Source of the DNA: Octopus sinensis
Taxonomy: Eukaryota
Assembly: GCF_006345805.1 (NCBI RefSeq)
Contig: NC_043002.1
Coordinates: 102,796,001-102,860,000 of the forward strand
Direction: 5' to 3'
DNA: 64,000 nucleotides
Made by a program: the position numbers and the translations under genes
Part shown: positions 40,600 through 54,480 of the stretch, in pieces
How the letters are laid out: each line of letters starts with the position of its first letter
Numbering within the stretch: the stretch's first letter is position 1
Notes under the pieces: model-generated
What the model was told of the DNA's origin: nothing
The model's input: only the letters and a program-made list of their open reading frames with translations
Databases searched by the model: none

Positions 40600-40725
40600 T
40601 CAAGGGTAGTTTATTGACTCTAAAGGAAGGAAGGCGAGATGACCTCTATGTGTTTTGAACTAAGATCCTAAAATGTTCGATTAAATGGCGCTAAGCATTT
40701 TGGCCAACGCGTTAATGACTCTGCC
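40600..40725 (-). mobile_element. SINE family C relic
   Basis: Reverse complement ggcagagtcattaacgcg..aaatgcttagcg..agttcaaa..gaggtc resembles the family C head. Confidence 0.35.
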
Positions 40726-41102
40726 TGCGTACTGCCTTAATTCAGATATGGGGCAATTGAATATTGGATATGGCGTAGCTGAAGTGTTAAATATAACACT
40801 TAATGAACTTCATTCAATTTCTGGGTTAGCCAGAAAGCATCGATATATCGAAGGAAAAGTGGCTTCTCAGAGAAACCACCACCCACACAATTTATGTAGC
40901 TTGGCTGTTTCAGATCATGAACAAAAATATCAGTATGAAAGTATTCTCTCTCTCCCTCTTTCTTTCAATTCTCCATATAACTTTATATATGCGCATACAT
41001 ACATGCATTCATGCATCCATATATACATACATACATACAGACAGACAAACAGCCAGACAGACAGACAGACATATAGTCAAAGAAACAGATTTATACATGC
41101 AT

Positions 41103-41148
<46 letters not shown>

Positions 41149-43601
41149 GTAGATACATATACATACACACACACATATATATATATATATAAATATAAAC
41201 ATACATATAGATATACATACACACACATATATATATATATATAGATAAACATCCATATAGATATACATCCAAACACATACACTCACACACATACACTCAT
41301 ACACACACACACACTGACACACACACACTCACACACACTCATATATGCATGTACATATGGGTATGTATGTTTGCCTTTATAAAATCGTGAGATGCATGGA
41401 AAGTTACTCCCATTTTAAGTAAGCATTATCGATTATTATTTATATATAACCCAATGTCAAACGGATATTTTCCCAGGGAATTTTGCTGAAGCTTTTGCCA
41501 AGATTTATCTATTTTCAGTTGTGTTTGCTATTTTCAGTAAGGCAGTTAACGCTTATATAGCCACACCACATTGCTCGTTTATCCATCCACCTACAGTTAA
41601 AATAGGAACAATATAATAACAGATTATTTTTTTCTGCATCACCTTTTAATATTTGCAGTATATTCTGCAATTTTTCGGGTATATTTCCAATGTCAAATAT
41701 ATGGGTTTCCTGTTTAGGTATTTCACCACCATCCAATTATCATAAACCTCAAATTTGTCCTAACAGTTAGCCAAGATGTTTACATCAAACAACCATTGTA
41801 TATACATTCATTTTCTAATGAGCACACTCTGTTCTCCATTTTCTCATATTTTATGATAAAATATTCATGCGAGTACGAATGTATTATAAGTAAATATATG
41901 TGGATGTACACGTATATATGTATGTGTATACACATAAGCTTGAATGTGTGTACTTGAGCATATGTATATGCGAGTGTGTATGCACGTGTGTTTTCGGTGG
42001 TGTGAGTAATTGTGCCCACACTGTTGGATGTCCAGGAAAATACGATTTCGGAATTGTGTTACTAAATTTTAAGTTTCTTTTGCATCTTAAATTATTCTAG
42101 TTTATGTAAAAAAAATATTGTATTCAATTGAAATATGTATCCACGGGAAAAGAGAGCTAGTATTAGGCATAACAAAGTCTATGATTTTCTTCAACACACA
42201 AGCATACCTCACCATCTCACTTGACATACAATTCAACATAGAACTGGCCTGTCGACATGTAAAGGAGAATGCGGTTTACATCTGCATACTACGGAGTTGG
42301 TTGAAGTTGCATCAGAGGGAGACGATTTGCCTCAGAATCGAAAACACTTTATCTTAGACTACTACTGCACGTTCAGTGCAGTTATTTATTCTCGCTAGCT
42401 GACATCCTTTTGGAAATATATAGAAGTTTAGGTAACCACCTGTTGTTCCATCTCGCAACCCCACTTTACATTAGCAGTGATCATTGCAGTCAAAACAGTA
42501 TATGAGCTTGTGAGTGAATGAGTTTCTAATAATTTCCTGGAGTATGGTTTCCAGGAAAAGAAATTAACGCTTAGAAATTACACTTGAAGATGGCAAGAAG
42601 TCATGATACCCCCTGTTACAAAAAGCAACGAATATTCTTAGGAAGGTCTTCAACAGCAGTCTGGAATGTGACTAATTAACCATAGCTGCTGACAAAGAGA
42701 AGTATTTGAAAGTTACAGATATATGTAGGCTATCAGCTGGTTTCAATGCTCGGATATAACAAGGAATATTCTGAAGAGATCTTGGAATATTAGTCTTCTA
42801 TAAAATCCAGATTGACGGTAATGAAAGGATTCGAGTGTCAGGTGAGAAGTTATTTTCTCAGATGAGCAAATTGTCAACAACATTTGGGCTGTAAAGATTC
42901 AGAATTTATTTTAATTCTATAACGCAAAACATAAACGTAGCACGTGTCTGAAAACTACTGCAGCGAATAGAGAGGGAGTAGAAATCAGTGAAAGCAGTCC
43001 AGCAGGCTGCTAGGTGGTTCAAACACGAAACTCTTCTTGGTTTTTTGCACATCACGGATTGGACCATATGAGAGAGGAAGAGGTGCAAGCATTATTGGAT
43101 GCAAAAACGGCAAGGAAAGCGTTGGCAAGGGGGGAAATGCATGCATGGATGAAGTGGAAACAGGTGAATAGACGGACAATACGTGTGAGCACATGCAGAA
43201 GACGACGATGTTACTGAACAAGAGAGGCATAGGCAGAATCATCATATTTATATGGAGTAAATTGAAAACATTCTCACGTCCATTGTTTTCTTAAATAGAA
43301 AATGCTCTGCTCGAGGCAAACATTGAACGGGCCAAACAGGTCTTCAAGATCACTGTTTAAAGAAACAACGATAGCTGATAATCTAACACTACAGCTAGAA
43401 ATATACCATTTCATGGTGGGGCAGCGCGAGAATACAGCAATTACATACATACATACATACATGTATACATACATACAAGCATATATATATATATATCTAT
43501 GAATAAAGATATATTTCTTTATCTATTTATAATCATATATGTATATAAATATATGTGTGTCTATATGTATATATATATGTATATATATATATATATATAT
43601 A

Positions 43602-43655
<54 letters not shown>

Positions 43656-43677
43656 AACATATATATACATATATATA

Positions 43678-43955
43678 GGGTGAGTTTACGAAAAAAACAA
43701 AAGTCGAAGAGAGGCGGTGTACAAAGCAAACAGATGTATTAGTATAACGCTCAGGAATAGAAAAAAGTCTTTTACATTTCGAGCCTACTCTCTTCTACAG
43801 AAAGGGACACAGAAAAAGCAAGGAGAGAAGCAAGGAGAGAGACAAATGTGCGTAGTGGCTAACGATCTATCATGGCGACTGTTGCCGGACAGAATGGTCA
43901 AACACGAGGATGAAAGTAGGGGAGATAACAAGGTAAAGATGACCACCAACACAAA
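43678..43955 (-). mobile_element. Family P1, longest copy
   Basis: Homolog of 681-894; contains GTC-ccttt-CTGTAGA-A-GAG-agtagg-CTC-GAAAT. Confidence 0.6.
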
Positions 43956-44143
43956 TGTGCGTCTGTGTATAAGAGAATATGTATGTGCGTGTGAAAGAGG
44001 GCTAGTGTTCTGGACGTGTGCGTGTATGTATGTGTATATATACACGTGTGTATATATGCATGTGTATTTACAAATACGTCCATATACCTATTCATTCCTA
44101 CTACCATAAACTATAGTATCTATCTAGCTATATCTCTGTCTAC

Positions 44144-44194
<51 letters not shown>

Positions 44195-44505
44195 CATGCC
44201 TATTAATCTATCTATTTACCTCTGCCTCTGTCTGTGCCTTTTTTGCCTGTGTGTGTGTATTCGAGTGTGCGTGTATTTGTGTGTGTAAGTATGTATGCAT
44301 ATGATAGTTGAATAAGCGTCTAATGCGAAAATTGAAGTTCTCGTTAAATCTAATATGTTTAATAAATTTGTCTCGACCAAGTGTACACTGATCCGGCATA
44401 TGTAAATGTTTGTAGTTATCGACGCTTTTTATTGATTAACAACATTAATATTACATTCGTACACCCACACAAACGAATAACCTGACATATATATATAATA
44501 TATAA

Positions 44506-44620
<115 letters not shown>

Positions 44621-45099
44621 TATATATATATATATATATACACATATATATATATATACATATGTGTGAATATGTGCGAGCGTGTGTTCGTAAGTCGCAA
44701 TTATTTCGTGTATTAAGTGTCTGTCTGTGCGATATCTATTTAGTGTGTCTGTATTACTGCATATCATCCGTCCTCTCTTTCTTTCCTCTTTCTCAACAAA
44801 ACCATTATGAATATTTGATTACAATGGTCTCTCCATTGTTAAATGAGCTTAACTTCGATATCCAAAATGAGGACCAATTTAGAAATTTTAATTGCGCCAG
44901 GAACATTATGTGCGTTGAGATTGTAAGAATTGCTTGCTGCCTCAGAAACGATTTTGTTTTACATAATATATTCATGGATTTTAAATCCCATTTACTTTAT
45001 AGCAGCTATTTTCCGATGCCAATGTCTCCATTTGGAAACACATCTACCGTTTGTGTTGTTATTGTTGCTGGCCTCTGCTGACTACTCTCTAGTTTCTTC

Positions 45100-45268
45100 T
45101 GTCTTATTCCTTTATCATGTTTCTTCTTCTTCTTCTTCTTCTTCTTCTTCTTCTTCTTCTTCTTCTTCTACTTCTTCTTCCACCTCCTCCTCCTCCTCCT
45201 CCTCTTCTTTTTCTTCTCCTTCTCCTTCTCTTTCTGCTTCTACAACAACAACAACAACAACTACTACA

Positions 45269-45312
<44 letters not shown>

Positions 45313-45447
45313 AGCATCTTCTACTACTATTATTTCTTCATCTTCTACCTCCTTTTCTTCCTCCTCAATGTACAACTGAACTATTACCTTAACCACCACC
45401 AAAACCGCCACTGAAGACGCTGCCGCCTCAACATCGCCTCTACTTCA

Positions 45448-45524
<77 letters not shown>

Positions 45525-45674
45525 AGCATCTTCTACTACTATTATTTCTTCATCTTCTACCTCCTTTTCTTCCTCCTCAATGTACAACTGAACTATTACC
45601 TTAACCACCACCAAAACCGCCACTGAAGACGCTGCCGCCTCAACATCGCCTCTACTTCAACTACTACTACTACT

Positions 45675-45722
<48 letters not shown>

Positions 45723-45740
45723 CACTACTACTACTATGTC
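45100..45740. repeat. Compound microsatellite (CTT/CCT/CAA/CTA) with an internal 137-bp duplication
   Basis: 45312-45448 repeats at 45524-45660. Confidence 0.9.
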
Positions 45741-46029
45741 GTTTTATTATTTTTCTTATTTTTAAAATTTCTTTTATTTATTTTTTTATTTCTCCGTTTC
45801 ACGTGTTCAACCATTTCTATTCCTTTCCTTGGATTTCTTTTTCTGCCCTTTCCTCTGCTTTTCTCACATTTCTCTTTATCTTACTCTGCTTTCATTTCCT
45901 TTCGTCTTCTCCCTTTTTGTCTACTTTTCTAGAGTCATCCCCGTCTTCCCCCCACACCAACCTCTGCCATTTTTCCATGCCATTTCTCTCTTCTGTTTCT
46001 TCTCCTTTCATTTGTGCCACGTCACATCA

Positions 46030-47060
46030 TGCTTCTCTTGTCAAGATGTTTGCCTTATATCTACTTAGCTCTGGGTTGGATCGCATTGCTTTCCTTCCTT
46101 TAAACAAGAGGACGGAACCCTTGTCAATAAAACCCAGGCGGCAGAAGCTGTTGAGAATACCATTAAGTGCTTTGTTTTTTATTCATGAATGGTGACTAAA
46201 ATATATCTCCTAGCTTAACATCACCACTTGGTTGTTTAGAATCATTTGCGAAGCCTACTCTTTCCACAAATATTCAGAGAAGATTTTCTGTAGAATTGTA
46301 AGTCTCTCTTTGGCCACCAGTCCCTGAGTTCTTGAAATATGTCATAGAAAATAATGTTTCTTACCGTGTTGATTCACACTAAAATTTCGAACAGTTAGAT
46401 TAATGTGTGAGTCATGCACCGACATTCCAAAATGAATATTTGATCGTTAGTATATATCTATATGGAGGTAAGGTGAATACTTGTGTGCTGAGAGTGTTGC
46501 TGTTGTCTTCTCTCCTTGAAACTATGATCGATCTATCGTCAGGAAGTGAAGCAGTTCTGCAGGTGTTTCGTTACTTCCATCGCTACACCAGATCTTCCAC
46601 GGAGTACAGCCCGACGTTAGAAACCAAACTTTTGCACAAGAGCACAAGCTATATCGAATCAGATAATTGGACTCTGAGTTAGAAGTTTCTAGCAACACTA
46701 ATGTTCATTCTTATTTTACCACTCATTCTCTCTCTTGAACAATGATCTTGAATGCAATGTTTCACTTTCTTATCGGCTTCTGACAATTTTCTGATAACAT
46801 CATTTCTCAGTTTCGCAGTTAGGTTATGATCCCTGAGCATCGAATACTCCTGGTTCCATCAAATCCCATAACTCCTATCTGTATAAAAAGGTATTTACGT
46901 ATTTGCTTTGCCATTCCATTGTTTTCACAATTCTTAAACATTGTATTCAATTTTCTGTTTTTGGCTTCCCAGAGTACTATCAGATCTACCATATTTATAT
47001 AGGAGTTCTTGAAGGTTCTCCTTCTCATCTGACCATCAATTCCAAACATTTTCTACGTGA
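46030..47060 (-). mobile_element. Possible ancient RLE-type LINE remnant
   Basis: Weak RKYLFIQIG (cf. KYLG) and downstream fragments with many stops. Confidence 0.2.
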
Positions 47061-48521
47061 TGTTGTGCTACTATGCACAGAACTTCTTATTTGATGTTTC
47101 AGATGTAAAAAATATCGGTATTGATCCTGAAATACCCAACATTAAATTGCAAATCAAACAAATAAATATTCATTAATAAATTTTGCGACTGCTAGTTCTC
47201 TTCCCAACAGTCAGAAAATATAACGGGTTTTCTTAAGAGAGCCTGTCCTAGAACAGACGAATCCCTTTTTTATTTACTAAACAATGATAAATACCAAACC
47301 TAGTCATTGTTTTCTTGTTTTTTTACTTAAAGCAAATAATTTTTCCCCAAACAACCGCGCTATATCTAAAGTATTGGAGACATTTGGCGATGACGACCAA
47401 GGGGTATGAGATTTAAAACTTATATGGTATAGTACGGCTAATATTCGATTAAAATTCAGTTGTATGTTCTCAATGGGGTCCGATTTACGACTGGAAAACA
47501 AGAATTTAATAAAATATATGTATTGAAGTCAGCTTCGTAGGCGGATAACAGTTAAACCAACCTCGCTGAAGTGAAAATGCAATTTCAAATTTTAGTCTTA
47601 GACAAGTCTCACAATCATTTCACTTTAGCTTTCCATTCGATCTAGCAAATAGCTATTCTTAAATGGGGTCAGGACAGAACCCTACATATTTTTGCCATAC
47701 TGCAAGTATATTAGGAACCAAGTATTTCTAAACATACAACCTAAAAATAAGAACACATCATATAATGTATTCCGACGTGAGGAACGTTGTAAAAAAATAA
47801 TATAGAGAGTGTCATTGCTGGAACGACTTCGTTCCTTGTTATGGTTGACTTATACTGTTCTAGAGTTAAAAAATAAAAAAAAAACGAAACGAATGTTGCC
47901 TGAATTGATGTTACGTAACAAGATCAGCAAATCTGTAGCAGCTAATCCATATAAAAGAAATTGATATTCACTGGTAATATTATGTGCCATCAGTTATTCT
48001 CTCTCTCTCTCTACACACACACACTCACAAACACAGCGGAATCCACTACAGCCAGCAGGACGACTAATAGAACAAAGTGACCGAAATAAACATCATATTA
48101 ATTATAATACTGGATATGACATGCATATATAACGCAGTGTTTTCATATCCAGTGTAAATCAGGCTCGATTAAAAATGAAAGTAAAAACAAAGATTCACTA
48201 TGTGCTACATAAGCAACGGGGATCACACGCTGTTAGTTATTCCTTCACATACGTTGCTAAGTTGTTAATATGTTTCTTTTATATATATATATATATTCTA
48301 CGGGTAAACCACACAGAGTTTTTATTTATGGACGTTTAGTCTTCTTAGATCTGCATGGAAATATGAGGAAATTTATCTTTTCTACATAATCCATATGGTA
48401 GTGTTAGATTTTTAAATATTTTTTGGGTTTCGCTTTATGTGTTCTTGTGTTTATTACTTCCATAGCTATAAGATTTTATATATGCATAGTTGTGCTATCC
48501 GCACTAAGTATGTGTATATGT

Positions 48522-48580
<59 letters not shown>

Positions 48581-48838
48581 TGACCGTGTGAGTGTGGGTT
48601 ATATGCATATAAATAGATGTGTGGGTATATATGTTTATATATATAAATATGTGTGTATACGTATGTAAATGTATATATATATATATATATTATATACTAT
48701 ATGCATATATATATATGCATATATATATTATATAAGATACACACCATGCATATATGTGTGTGAGAATGTATATATATATATATCTATGTATATATATATA
48801 TATTATATATATATATATATATATAATATATAAATATG

Positions 48839-48879
<41 letters not shown>

Positions 48880-50116
48880 TACACATACACGCACACATAT
48901 ACATATATATGTGTGTGTACATCTCTCACTCACTCACTCTCTCTCTCTCTCTCTCTCTCCGTGCTTGCTAACATGTGTAAATGTTTTATAGGATGTATTT
49001 GTATAAGTATTATTATGTCCGTTCGCTACATACAATACACATATTAATATTCTCTTATACGGCAGCTATTTTTTTTCTCTCTCTCTCAATATGCGCGAAC
49101 ATGTAGGTATGTTTGTAAATGTGCAAAGGCTTGTACATGTATCCGCAGATAAAATTTATATTCCTATCTCCAGTAATATTTGTTTATATATTTGTTGAAA
49201 AATACTGTTCGTGTTTTGCATTTTAGGAATGTTCTGTTCTATTCATCTCCTTAAAACGCCTCGTTTATAGCGTAAAAAGCATTGGTTATCTACAAAATAC
49301 GGAAGTGGCTGCTTGCGAGAGAGGACTATTGATTTATGTTACTATAACTGTTGACGTGACGAGAGATGAAGCAAACTTTAATGGTTCGCATAGCTGTATA
49401 TCTCGGTTAAGTACATTTCCAAATGTTACTTTCCATTTAACCGTTGCAATTAGCTACAGAGCCTGCTCGATTTTCCGTGCCTTCGACTATTTGTGTGTAT
49501 ACATATGTGCATTTAGATTGAGTACATATACATTCACACAGAGACGTATATATAAATAAATATATATATATAAATATATATATATAATATAATATAAAAT
49601 TATAATATACGTGTGGGTGTTTGTGGGGAGGGTGTTTGAAGGAAACGGCGATATTTGCGACTTTAATGTATGGTTGACTGGGAGTGCGTTGAGATTTTAT
49701 TTTCCTTTCTTTACGACGAAACACTTTCACATAATTTTGTAAGCATATTAAATCTACCTGCAGGTAAATAGTCTTTTATGCTGTACATAAATGCATATAT
49801 GTATATATACACACACACACATGCATTCATACATACATACATACATATAAATGCTTTTATATAAAGCTAAAAGTGGTTATATGTGCACACGTGCATATAT
49901 AAGCAAGCATGTAATCATATGAATATCTATAGATCTATCACTCTATCTACCTGTCTGTCTGTCTGTTTCAGTGTGTGTGAGAGAGTGTGTGTGTGGGTGT
50001 CTGTGTATGTGTGTGTGTGTGTGTGCATTGGCTTAGGAAAGAATATTCATATGATATATAAGATAATTATAGCTACACGATGTATATTTTCTTTTATTTT
50101 AATATATGTCAATACA

Positions 50117-50955
50117 AAGGCGCGAACTGGCAGAAACGTTAGCACGACGAGCGAAATGCGTAGCCGTATTTCGTCTGCCGTTTCGTTCTGAGTTCAAATT
50201 CCGTCGAGGTCGACATTGACTTTCATCCTTTCGGGGTCGATAAATTAAGTACCAGTTACGCACTGGAATCGATATAATCGATTTCATCCGTTTGTCTGTC
50301 CGTGTTTGTCCTCTCTGTGCTTAGCCCCTTGTTGGTAGTAAAGAAATAGGTATTTTATTTGTCTTTCGGTTCTGAGTTCAAATTCCGCTGAGGTCGACTT
50401 TACCTTTCATCCTTTCGGGGTCAATAAATTAAGTACCAGTTACGCACTGTGGTCGATATAATCAACTTGATCCGTCTGTCTGTCCATGTTTGTCTCCTTT
50501 GTGTTCAGCCCCTTGCTGGTAGTAAAGAAATAGATATTTCGTGTGTCTTTAGGTTCTGAGTTCAAATTCCGCCGAGGTCGACTTTGCCTTTCATCCTTTC
50601 GGGGTCGATAAATTAAGTACCAGTTACGCACTGGGGTCGATGTAATCGACTTATTTCCTTTGATTTTCCTCTGTTCGTCCCCTCTATGTCTAGCCCCTTG
50701 TGGGCAATAAAGAAATAAGAAACGCTAGCAGGGCGGAAGAAATGCTTAGCGTTATTTCGTCTGTCTTTACGTTCTGATTTCAAATTCTGCCGAGGTCGAC
50801 TTAATATTTTGCGGTCGATGAATTAAGTACCAGTTGCGTACTAGGGTCGATCTAATCAATTGGTGCCCTCCTCTGAAATTTCGGGCCTTCTGTCTAGAGT
50901 AGAAAAGAATCGTTAGCACGCCAGATAAAATGCATAGCGGCATTTCGTCCGTCTT
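50117..50955 (+). mobile_element. Tandem cluster of family C SINE units (~185 bp)
   Basis: gttctgagttcaaattcc..gaggtcgac..aagtaccagtt..tcgat recurs four times, followed by a partial head. Confidence 0.85.
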
Positions 50956-50999
50956 CTCTTGGTAATTGCGAACGCCATCAAGCTCTCCCTTAATTTTCA

Positions 51000-51470
51000 T
51001 AGTTTTGTGTTTGATAAAATATGTGCTATTTTACCACAGTGATTGGTTCATTTGAAATTGCAGGTCTTGCGCCAAAGTTCGTAGCCAATCTATGTACCTT
51101 TTTGACGGTCTCCTTGCCATAACCCTTGCCTTCATTTCATTTTTGGTGCTACAAGGGCTTTTGCTGATCTTTCGCTAATCAAGTGGTTTGCAGTCTCGGG
51201 AGTTAGCTGGTCAGATGTTAGGGATGATGTGGCCGCAGCAATTGTTTGACAACCATGACTGAGTAACCCTGCTTGTGTGATATGGTGCAGGATCCTGTTG
51301 CCTGTCGTAGGGTCTTCTCGTAGCCATCTTCTTGATAGAGGGTAGCACTACATCTTCCAGATTCTTAATGTAGACCTCCGCCTTCAGTCTGAGGCCGTGT
51401 GGGAAGATAAATGGAGGTATGCCGTGACCACCATTAGTGATCAATCCAAACACCATGAGTTTCTGGTGCG
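51000..51470 (-). mobile_element. Tc1/mariner transposase remnant, DD37D (maT) spacing
   Basis: MVFGLIT..PPFIF..QQDPAPYHTSRVTQSWL..*PANSRDCKPLD; 37 residues lie between the two Asp when the stop is read as W. Confidence 0.75.
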
Positions 51471-52254
51471 AATGCCACGCAGTACATCATGTCGTTTCCT
51501 AATTTCTGGCTGAGTGAATTGCCTCATGGTGCTGTTTGTCTTACAGACGGTGCCCAACTGACCCTACTATGATATGTAGTGGACAAAATCAAAGACAAAC
51601 AATGCAAATGTGCGAAATTAAATGTATAATTTGCGACAATTTACTCATCGTACGCTGTATGTACTTAAGTATGTATGTATGTATGTATGTATGTATGTAT
51701 GTATGTATGTTTGCATGTATGTATGTGTACACACACAAATTGAAAGATTGCAATATGTAAAATATACGCTACATACGCTCTTTAAATCTCAGAACCTCAT
51801 GAAGGAATTGTTTTGCATTAATCTCCACTCAAGTTATCTAATCATGCGACCGAGAATTACGATTAATAGAAAAGCCTATATTAAAATTAAAAGAATATGG
51901 CGTGTAACTTAGATAGAAATTTTTACGAAGAATGATGATTTATTTCACTTTGGTTACGGTACTGGCACCATTAATGAACGAATCTGGAGCAAATTAAGAG
52001 ATGCTGTCATTTTAAGCGTTTATCATTTAAACATTCAAAGTCCTGTTGTGGACATAGAAGTTGTTTGAAATTTACTGTGATATACTTTCGATGGCTAAAA
52101 AAAGTAATTCTATTTTTCTAGATTCTGTAAGAAAATAAACAATAACAGTACTTATCTACAAATATTGAAAGCTACATTAGATTTGAAATCGCATTTTACT
52201 CAAGTACATATCGTAATATTACATTATAATACATTACATTATGCTGTTATCTTA

Positions 52255-52606
52255 TCTCTTTATATATAAAGCTGACGTTGTCTGTGTATGGCAGGTTTGG
52301 TAGCCTTGAACTAACACTATCTCCTCCGAGACCCTGCGGCGCAAGTTGACCAACATTGGGAGTATGATAGAAGAAGGCTTGCTCCTTCCGTAGAAGAAGC
52401 AATTCAAATCGGACCATGTGAAGACTGAAAATTATTTACATCAAAAAGGTGTTTTTTTTTCTATGAAAATCCCTATCTTTTACGATTTTTTCCGTGTATT
52501 TCAACCAGAAAAATGTTCACTTAAAGAGAATAACAAGCTACATAATGCAAAATTCCAATTCTAAACGGTCGAAACAAACCCAAGCAACGCCGGGTGATAC
52601 TGCTAG
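52255..52606 (+). mobile_element. Probable non-autonomous Helitron
   Basis: A|TC...tatatataaag 5' end; 3' end cccaagcaacgccggg (degenerate hairpin)...CTAG|T; A-T target and no TSD. Confidence 0.55.
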
Positions 52607-53907
52607 TACAAAATACAAGTCAACCTGCACTTGAATACTGCGAAAGCTTGGCACATACACACACAGAAACACACATAAGCGCACAGAAACATACACAACC
52701 AACACAAACACAGACACACGCACACTCACATATCCACACACACACACACACATACACACACACACATGTAAGCACATAAAAAAATACAAACATACGCATA
52801 ATCGCAAGGACTAACGTCAAGTTGAATCGACATTGTTTTTGCAATAACTTTCATTTCCTTGATTTTTATATATAGAGTGTTGTGACAGTTGATTGTACTT
52901 TCAAAAACCTATCAAACTCCCTAACCAACGTCCACAGAAATAAGCAGTAAGCTGTTTTATGATTAATATCCTATTGCCCTTTATGCCTTCGAATATATAC
53001 ATACATCATCATATATACATACTTATTTAGATATATACATATATATTTATATATTGATTGATTTATTTTCATTTATATGTATGTATTATATGTATGTATA
53101 TATATATATACCTACATACACCTATATACACACACATAGATATGTATATATGTAAACTAAACAAACATGGTGTGCGTTACGCTAATGGATGAATCAAGTG
53201 TTGAACAGACAGAACACAAGAATACAACGGGGAATTAGACGAAAATGTAACGGGCGGGAATTTTGGACAAAGACACGATACAAGGTATATTGTGGGTAAG
53301 TTTTCCTTCTGAATCAAGGACACACCATGACCATTCAGACCGGGTAATTTTGCAGGCGCCAGTGCTTTTATCAATCTACTGGATAAATGCTAACGAATGG
53401 ATACTGAGGAAAAAAAATTATATATATACCAAAAATATCTCATAAGGAGCTTTGTAGACATCGAACGAACTTAGTGGGGTTGCGCAAAGTTCAAATGGAG
53501 TAAGTCCTGGCGGATGTGGCCGAAGACCATACCTGCTTGACGATTCTCGTCGAAGTCAGGCGAGAAAGAACCCACAGAGCCTTCACCGGACACCGGTCAG
53601 TTGGTAGGGAAGAATTATAGAGAGAAGGAAATAAGGGTGGCAGAGAGAGAGAGAGAAGGAATAGAGGGATTAGAAGAACAGAGAGAGAAGAGAAAGGTAC
53701 TAGGGAGGCAGACAAGGGCTAAAAGAGAGGGTAAGAGTGGAGAAAATCATAGAAAAGCAGTAGAGGTGGTAAGAGAGAGAGAGTAAGAGGGAAAGAGAGG
53801 GAGACAGAGCTTTAGAAAGAACGAAAAGAAAGGGAGACAGAGAGAGAGTAAGGAGAAGGGATGGAGAAAGAGTAGAGGTGGAAAGAGTTAGAGTAAGAGC
53901 ATAGATA

Positions 53908-54275
53908 GTGTGGCTGTGTGGTTAGCTTGATTACGTATCATATGGTTACGGGTTCAGTCCCACTTCATGGCAACTTGCGCAATTGTCTTCTACTATAGCC
54001 TCGAGCCGACGAAAGCCTTGTGAGTGGATTTGTTAGACGGAAACTGAAAGAAGCCTGTCGTATGCATGCATGTTTATATATATGTTTGTGTGTCTGTGTT
54101 TGTCCCCACAACATCGCTTGACAACCGACGGCAGGTGTGTTTACGTCCCTGTAACTTAGCGGTTCGGCTTAAGAGAACGATAGAATATGTCATGGGTTCG
54201 ATTTGGTCGACTAAAGGCGGTGATCCCGCATGGCCACAATCAAATAATTGAAACAAGTAAAAGTGTAAAAGAGTA
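53908..54275 (+). mobile_element. tRNA-headed SINE, family A, diverged copy
   Basis: Aligns over its length with 21275-21678. Confidence 0.8.
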
Positions 54276-54396
54276 AACAGGGCGCGCGTTGCACTATATG
54301 GATGTATCAAGGGTTGAACAGAGACAAAACAAGGAGAAAACGGGAAACTAGTATATGTGCATATATATATATATATATATCTATATATATATATAT

Positions 54397-54430
<34 letters not shown>

Positions 54431-54434
54431 ATAT

Positions 54435-54480
<46 letters not shown>

